Below are positions 47,910 to 57,378 of a stretch of DNA of 64,000 nucleotides, piece by piece. Origin of the DNA: an uncultured delta proteobacterium (GTDB lineage: Bacteria; Desulfobacterota; Binatia; DP-6); contig CAWFFN010000012.1 of the NCBI GenBank assembly GCA_963815115.1, positions 160,001 to 224,000 on the forward strand. The letters are read 5' to 3'. A program made the position numbers and the translations under genes. Every line of letters begins with the position of its first letter. The stretch's first letter is position 1. Below the pieces are notes generated by a model. The model ran no database searches, was not told the DNA's origin, and saw only the letters and a list, made by a program, of their open reading frames with translations.

Positions 47910-48851
47910 ATGGCTGCACCGCCGCGTCCCCTCAGCCGCCCGGTTCGCTTCTTCTTCATGAATCTCGGGACCCTGATCGGGATCATCGTCTACTTCAACA
48001 TCTGCGGGCCCGCTCCGTACCCGCTCGGCGCCGTGACGCACGCGCTGCGAACCGCCCTGGTCGTCCACACGATCTACATGGCGATCGCGCGCTGGCTGGG
48101 CGAGATGAAGCAGTTCGACGTCACCCTGTGGCTCCTGCTGGCAGTCGGCACGGTGGCGACCTACGCCGGCGCGACGTCGATCCTCTGGGCCTACCAGCAC
48201 TACTCCCCGGCCATCCTGTTCACGGCGTTCGGGCTCACCGCGCTGCTTCCGCTGCTCTTCGGCCGGGAGCCGTTCACGGTGTACTACGGCGTACGGCAGG
48301 CGCCCAGGTGGCAGCACCGCACGCCGGCCTTCCTGGAGATCAGCCGGGTCATGGCGGGCTTCTGGGCCATCGTCTTCTTCACCGCCGCGGCGCTCTGCTT
48401 CGCCCGACCCACCGACCCGATGTTCACGGCGGTGTACGCCAACCTGGTGATCCTCGGCATCGGGTTGACGGCGGGCTTCTGGCTCCCGCCGCTCTACCTG
48501 AGGCTGTTCCCGCCCGCGATGCCCGACACGGCGGAGCCGATCATCATGGGGATGCCTCTCGCCTTCGACCGCTCCGCGGCGGGCGACGCGCGCGCCGTGA
48601 TCCAGTTCCGGGTGAGCGGCGACGAGCCCGGCGACTACTGGCTGCGGGTCGCCGACGGCCGCTGCGAGAGCTTCGAGGGCATGGCCCCGTCGGCCGACCT
48701 CACCGTGCACACCCCCGGCCATGTCTGGGTGGGCGTCGTGCGCGGCGACGTCGACGGCACCCAGGCGCTCATGGAGGAGCGCTACCGGGTGGAAGGCGAC
48801 GTCGCCCTGCTGCTCAAGCTGAACGAGTGGTTCCGCACCAACGGGAAGTAG
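47910..48851 (+). CDS. Membrane protein fused to C-terminal SCP2 sterol/lipid-binding domain
   Basis: About 7 TM segments, then IQFRVSG...ADLTV...YRVEGDVALL. Confidence 0.75.
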   Translation: MAAPPRPLSRPVRFFFMNLGTLIGIIVYFNICGPAPYPLGAVTHALRTALVVHTIYMAIARWLGEMKQFDVTLWLLLAVGTVATYAGATSILWAYQHYSPAILFTAFGLTALLPLLFGREPFTVYYGVRQAPRWQHRTPAFLEISRVMAGFWAIVFFTAAALCFARPTDPMFTAVYANLVILGIGLTAGFWLPPLYLRLFPPAMPDTAEPIIMGMPLAFDRSAAGDARAVIQFRVSGDEPGDYWLRVADGRCESFEGMAPSADLTVHTPGHVWVGVVRGDVDGTQALMEERYRVEGDVALLLKLNEWFRTNGK

Positions 48852-48962
48852 GGTCGCGATGACGACGGACACGCCGCCGGCGATGTGACGGCCGCGGGGG
48901 CTGGCCGCGAGCGCGAGGCGCGTGCTACGACGGCGCACCCCGCGTACGAAAGGATCCTCCCG

Positions 48963-49940
48963 ATGGATTTCGCTGTCCAGCTCGGCGGCATCGAGTTCGG
49001 CCGGCTGCGCGACGTCGCGCAGACGGTGGAAGGGCTCGGCTTCCGCACCATCTACTTCCCCGATCATCTCGTCGCCGAGGGACCGGAGCGGCAGGCGATG
49101 GGCGTGCCGGCCTTCGATCCCATGCTGCAGGCCGCGATCGTCGCCGACGCCACCAGGAAGCTGCGCGTCGGCCACCTGGTGCTGTGCAACCTGTTCCGTC
49201 ATCCAGCGGTGACGGCACGCAGCCTCGCCACCCTCGATCAGCTGTCCGGCGGCCGGATGGTCGCCGGGTTGGGCTCGGGCTGGACGGAGACCGAATTCCG
49301 CATGACGGGCATCCCGTTCCCGGAGATCGGCGAGCGGCTGCGCATGCTGGACGAGGCGCTCACCTGCATCCGCGGGCTCTGGGGTCGCGAGCCGTTCACG
49401 TTCGATGGCGAGTTCTACAAGTTCGCCGCCGCCGACCTCTCGCCGCGCCCGGTGCAGGACCGCCCGTCGATCGTGCTCGGCGGCAGCGGCAAGGGACTGC
49501 TGCGGATCGCTGCGAAGCACGCCGACGTCGTCAACATCGTGAGCGAGACCGGCCGGGCGGGGTACATCGCGCTCGCCAACGCGATCAAGCTCTCCAGCGA
49601 CACCTTCCGCGACAAGGTCCGATTCCTGCGCGCCGAGGCCGCGCGCGCCGGACGGGACGGCAATGCAATCCGGGTGAGCGCGGTGCTGTTCACGGTGCAG
49701 CTCACCGAGTCGCGCGCCGCCGCCGTGGCGACCATCGAGAGCCTCGCGGGCATGTTCGGCGTGTCGCCCGCCGCGCTCCTGGCCTCGCCGCTCTTCCTCG
49801 TCGGCACCCCCGAGGACTGCGTCGAGGAGCTGCGCCGCCGACAGCGCGACTGGGACGTGTCCGAGTTCGTGGTGTCCGGGATGAACAACGTGCCCGATCT
49901 GCTCGAGCGCTTCGGGCGCGAGGTCATGCCGCACGTGTGA
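48963..49940 (+). CDS. LLM class flavin/F420-dependent oxidoreductase
   Basis: FPDH, GHLVLCNLFRHP, LDQLSGGR and GLGSGW motifs. Confidence 0.92.
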   Translation: MDFAVQLGGIEFGRLRDVAQTVEGLGFRTIYFPDHLVAEGPERQAMGVPAFDPMLQAAIVADATRKLRVGHLVLCNLFRHPAVTARSLATLDQLSGGRMVAGLGSGWTETEFRMTGIPFPEIGERLRMLDEALTCIRGLWGREPFTFDGEFYKFAAADLSPRPVQDRPSIVLGGSGKGLLRIAAKHADVVNIVSETGRAGYIALANAIKLSSDTFRDKVRFLRAEAARAGRDGNAIRVSAVLFTVQLTESRAAAVATIESLAGMFGVSPAALLASPLFLVGTPEDCVEELRRRQRDWDVSEFVVSGMNNVPDLLERFGREVMPHV

Positions 49941-49980
49941 GGCTCCCTGGCGCGGCGCTCTGGCGTGCGCGCCCCCGCGG

Positions 49981-51378
49981 TCAGCCGACCGGGCCCTGAC
50001 GACCGCCGAGCGCCGGCAGCAGCTCGCGCGCCAGGAGGCGGAGCGTGCCCGGTTCGCCCCGGTCGTGCAGGAAGAAGACGAAGCTTCCGACCCCGAGCCG
50101 CCGCCGCTCCTCGATGCGGCGCAGGATCGTCTCCGGCGTGCCGCAGTAGCCGCCCGCTTCGAAGCCCCAGCCCGGTCCGGGGAAGCGCCGCGCGGCGACT
50201 GCGCGCGCCTCGTCGACCCGGTCCTCTCGCGCGACCAGCGCGAGCACAGCCTCCTCGGTCACGAGCAGGCTCGTCGGGTCACGTCCTGCGACCGTGCACT
50301 CCCGGCGCAGCACCTCGAGCTTCCGGGGTAGCTCGGCCAGGGCATAGGTCGGGCAGTTCCAGACGTCGGCGTGGCGCGCGACCAGCGGGAGCGTCCGCCG
50401 CTCCCCGGCGCCGCCGATGTGGATCGGCGGGTGCGGGCGCTGCAGCGGGCGGGGCAGGCTCGGCGCCGCGTCGAGCCGGTAGTGCCGGCCATCGAACGTG
50501 GGTGCGTCCTGGGTGAACAGGACGCGCAGGACCTGGACGGCCTCCGCGAGCTGCTCCGCGCGCGTGCGCTCGGAAGGAAAGGGCAGGCCGAAGCGCGCGA
50601 ACTCTTCCGGGTACGAGCCCGTTCCGAGCCCGAGGTCGAGCCGCCCGCCGCTGGCGTGATCGAGCGTCACGGCCATCTTTGCGAGCAGGGCGGGATGGCG
50701 GAACCCGTTTGCCAGCACGAGGTGGCCTAGGCGGATGCGCTCGGTCACCGCCGCGAGCGCCGTCGCGGTGGTCCAGGCCTCGAAGGACGGCACCGCCGCG
50801 AGACCGGGCGGATAGAGGTGGTCCATGAACCAGACCGAGTCGATGCCCTCGCGGTCACACAGGCGCACGCGCCCGCGCAGCTCGTCCCAGGTGAAGCCGA
50901 CCTGCGGCAGGTAGACGCCGACCTCGACGGCTCGCGCCGCAGCGGCGTCGGGCGCCGGCAGCGGTCTTCCCATGCTGATGCGATCCTCGACGGCGTATCC
51001 CAGGCGCTCGTAGAAGCGGACGACGTCGCGATTCTCTCCTTCGATCTGCAGGTTGATCTTGGGACACCCGAGCTGGCGGAGTCGCTGCTCGGCCTCCTGG
51101 ACGAGGGCCCGCCCGACACCGCGGCGCTGGTGCTCGGGTGCGACGGCGACCCGGTAGAGCCAGCCGCGGTGCCCGTCGTAGCCGGCGAGCGTGGTTCCCA
51201 CCAGCTCGGCTCCGGCGGTGGCGACCAGGAACAGCTCGGGCTGGCGGCGGCGCCGGCGCTCGATGATCTCCTCGGGCGCGCGCCAGCGCGAGTCGTCGCC
51301 GAAGACGCGACGCCAGAGCGCCGCGACGGCGGAGCCGTCGGCGCCGCGAAACTGGCGGATCTCGAGGTCGTCGGCCAT
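49981..51378 (-). CDS. GNAT acetyltransferase (YpeA-like) fused to an LLM class oxidoreductase
   Basis: GYDGHRGWLY...QRRGVG...GCPKINL...FYERLGY, linker, then VGVYLPQ...WFMDH...FRHPALLAK...GGAGERR in one frame. Confidence 0.85.
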   Translation of the reverse strand: MADDLEIRQFRGADGSAVAALWRRVFGDDSRWRAPEEIIERRRRRQPELFLVATAGAELVGTTLAGYDGHRGWLYRVAVAPEHQRRGVGRALVQEAEQRLRQLGCPKINLQIEGENRDVVRFYERLGYAVEDRISMGRPLPAPDAAAARAVEVGVYLPQVGFTWDELRGRVRLCDREGIDSVWFMDHLYPPGLAAVPSFEAWTTATALAAVTERIRLGHLVLANGFRHPALLAKMAVTLDHASGGRLDLGLGTGSYPEEFARFGLPFPSERTRAEQLAEAVQVLRVLFTQDAPTFDGRHYRLDAAPSLPRPLQRPHPPIHIGGAGERRTLPLVARHADVWNCPTYALAELPRKLEVLRRECTVAGRDPTSLLVTEEAVLALVAREDRVDEARAVAARRFPGPGWGFEAGGYCGTPETILRRIEERRRLGVGSFVFFLHDRGEPGTLRLLARELLPALGGRQGPVG

Positions 51379-52778
51379 CAGCGCGCCCGCTCGGCGGCGG
51401 CATCGGCGGCGGCCTCGCCGCCCCGCACGCAGTCCGGGATGCCGACGCCGCGATAGGCGGCGCCGGCGAGCGCCAGGCCCGGCAGCGCGGCGACCCGGCT
51501 CTCGATGGCGCGCACCTGTTCCAGGTGCCCGACGGCATACTGCGGCATCGCCCGCCGCCAGCGCTCGACGCGTGTCAGGACCGGCTCGGCCACGATCCCC
51601 AGCAGCGCGCGTAGCTCGCCGCGCACGGTGGCGACGAGGGCGTCGTCGTCGAGCTCGGCGAGATCCGGACGGCGCGCTCCGCCGACGAACGCGCGCAGCA
51701 GCTCGTGGCCGGCGGGGGCCCGTCCCGGGTACTTCCGGCTGGCGAAGGTGCAGGCGAGCAGCGGGCGGCCCTCGGCGAAGGGCACGACGAAGCCGAATCC
51801 CCGCAGCTTGTCCGCCACGCCCGCGGCAGGGAACCCGAGGGTCACCGTCGCCGAGGAGGCGTACTCGATCGCCGCCAGCCCGCGTGCGAGCTCCGCGTCC
51901 AGCGGTGCGACCAGGCCGGCGGCGACGTGTGCCGGCGCCGCCAGGATCACCGACTCGGCGTCGAAGGTCCGGCCTGCGGCCGAAACCCTCCAGCGCCCAC
52001 CGTCGCGCGCCAGCGACTGGACCGCCGCCCGCGTGCGAACCACCCCTTCGGGCAGGCGCTTCGCGACCGCCGCGACGAGCGCTCCCATGCCGTCCGCCGG
52101 CGCGACGAAGAGCCCGTAGCGAGCGCCCGCGCTGCCGCCCTTCGCCGTGCCGGCCCGCCGCAGCCCCAGGATCACGCTGCGGTGGGCGCGCTCCATCTCG
52201 AGGAAGCGAGGCATGGTCGCGGCGAGCGAGAGGCGCTCCGGGTCGGCGGTATAGATGCCGCCCACCAGCGGATCGGCCACGCGTTCGAGGGCCTCGACGC
52301 CGAGCCGGCGCCGCACGAACGCGCCGAGGCTCTCGTCGGCACCGGCGCCGCCGCGTGGCAGCACGAGGTCGAGCGCCATCCGGGCCTTGCCCCGCAGCGA
52401 GAAGATGGGCGAGCGTGCCAGCGGCCACAGCGCCGTCGGCGCGAGCAGGAGGAATCCATCGGGAAGCGCGTCCAGCCGGCCAGCGTGGACCACGTAGGTG
52501 CGGCGGTCGCCCTCGCGCGTGCCGACCAGCCGGTCCGCGAGCCCGACTCGCTCGCACAGGGAGAGACCCCACGGCTTGTCGGTGATCATCGAGTCGGCGC
52601 CGAGCTCGAGCACGAAGCCGCCATGGCGCTCCGTGCCGAGGCTCCCGCCGAGGCGCGCGGAGCCTTCGAGAAGCACGACGTCGAGCTCGGCGCCGGCGCG
52701 CGCGTGCTCGACGAGCCGGTGCGCGGCGGCGAGGCCGGCGATCCCGCCGCCCACGACCACGACGCGCCGGGCAGTCAC
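51378..52778 (-). CDS. hemY: Proto/coproporphyrinogen oxidase (HemY type)
   Basis: GGGIAG, ELGADS, GGIY, GFGFVVP, AMPQYAVGH and GVGIPDC motifs. Confidence 0.92.
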   Translation of the reverse strand: MTARRVVVVGGGIAGLAAAHRLVEHARAGAELDVVLLEGSARLGGSLGTERHGGFVLELGADSMITDKPWGLSLCERVGLADRLVGTREGDRRTYVVHAGRLDALPDGFLLLAPTALWPLARSPIFSLRGKARMALDLVLPRGGAGADESLGAFVRRRLGVEALERVADPLVGGIYTADPERLSLAATMPRFLEMERAHRSVILGLRRAGTAKGGSAGARYGLFVAPADGMGALVAAVAKRLPEGVVRTRAAVQSLARDGGRWRVSAAGRTFDAESVILAAPAHVAAGLVAPLDAELARGLAAIEYASSATVTLGFPAAGVADKLRGFGFVVPFAEGRPLLACTFASRKYPGRAPAGHELLRAFVGGARRPDLAELDDDALVATVRGELRALLGIVAEPVLTRVERWRRAMPQYAVGHLEQVRAIESRVAALPGLALAGAAYRGVGIPDCVRGGEAAADAAAERAR

Positions 52779-53686
52779 GCCGCGTGTTCCCGCACCACCT
52801 CGGCCAGCATGCGGATGAAGAGCGGGTGGTCGTTCACGGTGCCGGCGCGCGCATAGGCGAGGCCGTGGCGGGCCGCCGTGGCGCGCGCCTCGACGTCGAG
52901 GTCGTAGAGCACCTCGACGTGGTCGCAGACGAAGCCGATCGGTTCCACCACCACCGCTCGCGTTCCCTCGCCCGCGAGCCGCTCGAGCGTGGCGCTGATG
53001 TCGGGCTCCAGCCACGGGTCGCGCGGGCTGCCGCTGCGGCTCTGGTACGCGATCTCCCACGCCGGCGCGTCGAGCCGCTCGGCCACGGCACGCGCGGAGG
53101 CCTCGATCTCCGCGGCGTAGGGCGAATGGTCCGCGGCGGCGACGGGGATGCTGTGCGCCGTGAACACGAGCCGGGCCCCGGCACGCGCCTCCTCGGGCAG
53201 GGCGGCGCGCGCGGCTCGCACCCGCTCCGCGACCGCCTCGACGAAGAGCGGATGGACGTGCCACGAGCGCACGTAGCTCACCGCCGGCGCGCGCGGTCCG
53301 AGCGCGGCGCGCCCCTCCTCGACGCTCTCCAGGTAGCGCTCGCGGCTCGACTCGGTGGCATGCGGTGCCAGGATCACACCCGTCGCCCGGCGTACGCCGT
53401 CGAGCGCCATCTGCGCCAGCGTCGTCGCGAGGTAGGGCTCCCAGTTGCGCATGCCGACGTAGACCGGCCGGGTGCCGAGCACGCGGCGGAGCGCCTCCGC
53501 CTGCCGGAAGGTGAGCTCGTTCAGCGGCGAGCGCCCGCCGATGCGCTCGTAGTGGTGCGCCACCTCTTCCAGGCGATCGGCCGGGATCCTGCGTCCGCGT
53601 GTGACGTTCTCGAGGAAGGGACGGATCTCCTCCGGACGCGTGGGCCCGCCGAAGGCGATCAGCAGGACGGCGTCGGCGGACGCCAT
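52775..53686 (-). CDS. hemH: Ferrochelatase
   Basis: LIAFGGP, GGRSPLN, GMRNW, FTAHSIP, YQSRSG and GFVCDHVEVLYDLD motifs. Confidence 0.93.
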   Translation of the reverse strand: MASADAVLLIAFGGPTRPEEIRPFLENVTRGRRIPADRLEEVAHHYERIGGRSPLNELTFRQAEALRRVLGTRPVYVGMRNWEPYLATTLAQMALDGVRRATGVILAPHATESSRERYLESVEEGRAALGPRAPAVSYVRSWHVHPLFVEAVAERVRAARAALPEEARAGARLVFTAHSIPVAAADHSPYAAEIEASARAVAERLDAPAWEIAYQSRSGSPRDPWLEPDISATLERLAGEGTRAVVVEPIGFVCDHVEVLYDLDVEARATAARHGLAYARAGTVNDHPLFIRMLAEVVREHAA

Positions 53687-54710
53687 CAGCGCGCCGACAG
53701 CTCGTGGACCGCGTCGACCAGCGCCCGCGCGTGGTCGACGGGCGTCGAGGGCAGGACGCCGTGACCGAGGTTGAACACGTGCCCGGGCCGCCCCGCCGCC
53801 TGGCCGAGAATCGCGGCGGCGCGCCGCCGGATCTCGGGGACGGGCCCGAGCAGCGCGACGGGGTCGAGGTTGCCCTGCACGGCGACGTCGTGCCCGATGC
53901 GTGCCCAGGCCGCGTCGAGATCGACCCGCCAGTCGAGGCCGATCACGTCGCCTCCCGCGGCGCGCAGGCACTCGAGGAGGCCCGCGGTGCCGGTGCCGAA
54001 GTGGATCACCGGCACGCCCGGACGGACCCCGCGGATCAGCGCTGCACGTGGGGCAGCACGTGGGCGCGGTAGTCGGCCGGCGCGAGGCAGCCGACCCAGC
54101 TGTCGAACAGCTGTACCGCCTGCGCCCCGGCGTCGATCTGTGCGTTCAGGTAGCCGGTGACCGCGCGCGCCAGCGCCCCGAGCAGGGCGTCCCAGGCGCC
54201 CGGATCCGAGAACAGGAAGCGCTTCGTCGTCGCCCAGTCGTCCGAGCGGCCGCCCTCGATCAGGTACGATGCGAGCGTGAACGGCGCGCCCGCGAAGCCG
54301 ATCAGGGGGATCTCCGACCGGAGCGCGGCGCGCGCCCGGCGCACCGTCTCGTAGACGAAGGCGAGCGCCTCGGGCTCGAACTCGCGGAGGCGGTCGACGT
54401 CCGCCGCGGTGCGCAGCGGGCGGTGGATCACCGGGCCGTCGCCCGCCGCGAACTCGAGCCCGACGCCCATCGGCTCGAGCACGAGCAGGATGTCGGCGAA
54501 GAGGATCGCCGCGTCGACGCCGAGCTGCTCGACCGCATTGACCGTCACCTCGGCCGCGGCGTCGGGCGTCTTGCACAGCTCGAGGAAGCCGAGCTTCTCG
54601 CGGATGGCGCGATATTCCGGCTGGTAGCGGCCGGCCTGCCGCATCAGCCAGACGGGCGTGTACGCCGTGGCCTCGCGCCGGCACGCGGCGAGGAAGGGCG
54701 GGGCTGCCAC
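53686..54710 (-). pseudogene. hemE: Uroporphyrinogen decarboxylase with a -1 frameshift at ~54042 (probable sequencing error)
   Basis: [32 protein letters not shown], then a frame change at CAG-CG-CTG into IHFG, LDW, QGNLDP and FNLGHG. Confidence 0.9.
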
Positions 54711-54803
54711 GGAAGCGACAGTTACGTGACGGCACCGTGAGGCGCAATGTCCCTCGTCGGAGTCGAGGGCACGACTCCCGCAGAAATCCGTTGCTATGCG
54801 AAC

Positions 54804-54836
54804 TCGCATGTGGCTACTCGATGGACGGGCTCTGGT
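54804..54836 (+). promoter_or_regulatory. Second copy of motif TCGCATGT-N10-TGGACGG-N5-GGT
   Basis: See 10431..10463. Confidence 0.45.
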
Positions 54837-54869
54837 ACCTCGACCGCGTGCGACGAGAGGGGGGTCGAC

Positions 54870-56270
54870 ATGCGAACGCCACGATGGACCACGGGACCGG
54901 TGAGATGGGCCGCCGGCGCACTTGCGGCTGCGCTGGCGTGCGGGATGGTGGCTCCACCGGCCGCGCCGGCAGCGTCGAGCCGGGACTATCCCGGGCCGTG
55001 CATCGGTGAGACGAATGCTGCCGGTGTGCCCCTCTACCTCGCGTCCGACTACCACGGCGTGAACCCGACCTTCGGCGTCGTCGTCCTGAACGCCACCGGA
55101 CGCTTCAAGCTCGGCATCTCGTGCGTGGCGACCGGCTTCGTCGTGGTCCGGGTCGGCCCGGACTCGGCCCTGTGCACGGTGCGCGGGCTCTGCACCCCCG
55201 ACCAGCTCATGGGGCTCACGCAGGCGGACATCGAAGCGGTGCAGGGCATCCCCGACCAGGTGCCGTTCTTTCACATCTGCGAGAAGCACGGCTTCGGATG
55301 GTACGACGCGGTCGACGTACCGGCCGGCATCTACGTGGCGATCGCCGACTCGCAGAGCGGGTTCTTCGGTCTCGTCGACGGGCACGGAACCATGGACACC
55401 TATGCCTTCGTGGGCAACGGCGGCGCGTTCCAGCCGGTGAACTGCGCCCGGCCCCCCGTGTGCGGGAACTTCGTGGTCGAGCCGGGCGAGACCTGCGATG
55501 ACGGCAACACCAGCGACGGCGATTGCTGCTCGGCGACGTGTGCCGTCGACGCTGCGGGGACCCCCTGTGCGGGCGTCGGCGATCTCTGCACCCCGGGGGT
55601 CTGCGACGGCGCCGGATTCTGCCTCCACGAGAACGCCTGCCTCGACCGGCCAATCGACGGCGTGAAGCTGCGTCTGCAGAAGAAGAGCGGCCGGGAGAAG
55701 CTCCTGTGGGTCGCGCGCGACCGCTCGGCGAGCGCCCAGGCAGGGCTCGATCCCATGGTGAACGGGGCGACGCTCGAGCTCTACTCGCCCCTCGCTCCCG
55801 CCGTGTCGATGCCCCTGCCGGCGTCGGGCTGGACCGGAAGCGGCGCCAGGGGCGCCTTCAAGTTCAAGAACCGGGCGGCGCCCGATGGCGTCTCCCCGGT
55901 CCGCGTCGCAGTGCTCAAGCGCGGAAGAAGCGTCAAGGTGGTCGGTGCCGCCACCGGGTTCGCGCTCGCCACGCCCCTTGCCGGGGTGGGCATCCGCCTC
56001 GTCTCGGGCAACCAGGCCACGTGTTCGTTCTTTCACGCCGGTACCGTGGTGACGGACGAGCCCGGGCGGTTCGAAGCCCGCGGGCCGGGCGCCATCTCCA
56101 CCACCTGCGATCAGGTGACGCTGTCGTCCGGGGTGCCGGGTGGCGGCGTGCTGAACCCGGGGCTTCCGCCCCCTCCCTACGACCCGGGCGATCCCTCGGG
56201 CGGCTTCTGCGGGGGCGATCGGATCTGTCCGGAGCTTCCGGCACCGGCCTTGGTGCAGCGGCAGCCCTGA
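54870..56270 (+). CDS. Secreted protein with DUF4215-like Cys-rich repeat and Lys-rich C-terminal beta domain
   Basis: SD GAGG, signal peptide, CGNFVVEPGETCDDGNTSDGDCCSATC motif. Confidence 0.82.
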   Translation: MRTPRWTTGPVRWAAGALAAALACGMVAPPAAPAASSRDYPGPCIGETNAAGVPLYLASDYHGVNPTFGVVVLNATGRFKLGISCVATGFVVVRVGPDSALCTVRGLCTPDQLMGLTQADIEAVQGIPDQVPFFHICEKHGFGWYDAVDVPAGIYVAIADSQSGFFGLVDGHGTMDTYAFVGNGGAFQPVNCARPPVCGNFVVEPGETCDDGNTSDGDCCSATCAVDAAGTPCAGVGDLCTPGVCDGAGFCLHENACLDRPIDGVKLRLQKKSGREKLLWVARDRSASAQAGLDPMVNGATLELYSPLAPAVSMPLPASGWTGSGARGAFKFKNRAAPDGVSPVRVAVLKRGRSVKVVGAATGFALATPLAGVGIRLVSGNQATCSFFHAGTVVTDEPGRFEARGPGAISTTCDQVTLSSGVPGGGVLNPGLPPPPYDPGDPSGGFCGGDRICPELPAPALVQRQP

Positions 56271-56278
56271 GGCCGTTT

Positions 56279-57097
56279 TCAGGAACGCCGGAGCAGGGCG
56301 GGCGCGCGCTCGGCGACGAGCGCCACCAGCGGCCCCATCTTGGGCGGCGTGGGCTCGAGCTGCGGGTGCACGCCGTGAGCCTCCAGCGCCTCGGTGCACA
56401 CCGGCCCGATCGAGACGACGACCGCCCGCGCGAGCGCGGCGCGCAGCGTGTCGGCGTCACCGGCCACGCGGAACAGGTGCTCGACCTGCACCGCGCTGGT
56501 GAACACGGCGACGTCGAGCTCGCCGTGCGCCAGCGCTTCCGCCGCACGCGCGAGCGGTCCGGTATCCGCGGGCAGCGCCCACCGGTACACCGGTACGCGC
56601 AGCACGCGCAGGCCGCGCGCTTCGAGCCCTTCCAGGAGCGCCGTCGGCGGCTGGCCGTACTCCTGCACCGCGATCAGCGTGCCCGCTCCCGGCCGCAGCT
56701 CGTCCAGCACGGCGAGCACCTCGCGCCAGGTGTGGGGCGCGGGCACGGGACGCGCGCCGGTCACGCCCAGCTCGCGCAGCGCCGCCAGGGGCTTCGGCCC
56801 GCGCGCGACGATCGGCACCCGGGCGAGCAGCTCGAGCAGCCGCGGCGCCGAGCTTCCGAGCAGGGCGGCGAGGGCGCGCGTGCCGACCCCCGTCAGCAGG
56901 ACGACGGCGCTCACCTCGCCCGCCTCCAGACGCTGGAGCAGCTCGAGCGCGGGCGGGCTCTCCGGCAACGGGGTCTCGCGCAACGCCGGCGCGCTGGTCA
57001 CGGACGCACCGTGGCGGGCGAACATCGCGGCCAGCTCCTCGGCGCGCCGCGCCTCGAAGGCCACCAGGCGGATGCCCGCGAGCGCCCCCGACGGCAT
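56279..57097 (-). CDS. hemD: Uroporphyrinogen-III synthase
   Basis: ARRAEEL, LTGVG, RGPKP, PVYRW, FTSAVQV and SIGPVC motifs. Confidence 0.88.
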   Translation of the reverse strand: MPSGALAGIRLVAFEARRAEELAAMFARHGASVTSAPALRETPLPESPPALELLQRLEAGEVSAVVLLTGVGTRALAALLGSSAPRLLELLARVPIVARGPKPLAALRELGVTGARPVPAPHTWREVLAVLDELRPGAGTLIAVQEYGQPPTALLEGLEARGLRVLRVPVYRWALPADTGPLARAAEALAHGELDVAVFTSAVQVEHLFRVAGDADTLRAALARAVVVSIGPVCTEALEAHGVHPQLEPTPPKMGPLVALVAERAPALLRRS

Positions 57098-57183
57098 GTC
57101 CGGCACACTGGGTGGCCGTCCCCATCCTGTCAAGGCGCGATCGCGTGGTGGCGGGGTCGGCACGGGGGCGCTAGACTTCGTCC

Positions 57184-57378
57184 GTGCGCAGTGCGAGCTG
57201 CCCCACCTGCCGTCGGAAGACCGCGTGGGCGGGCAATCCCCACCGGCCCTTCTGCTCCGAGCGCTGCCGCGTGGTCGACCTCGCGGCGTGGGCCGACGGG
57301 CGCTACCGCATCGCGGGCGAGCCGGTATCGGAGGAGGCGGAGGAGCCCGACGACGAGCCGCCGCGGGGGCGCTCGTAG
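57184..57378 (+). CDS. yacG: DNA gyrase inhibitor YacG
   Basis: CPTC...RPFCSERC...DLAAW..G.Y.I motif. Confidence 0.92.
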   Translation: MRSASCPTCRRKTAWAGNPHRPFCSERCRVVDLAAWADGRYRIAGEPVSEEAEEPDDEPPRGRS

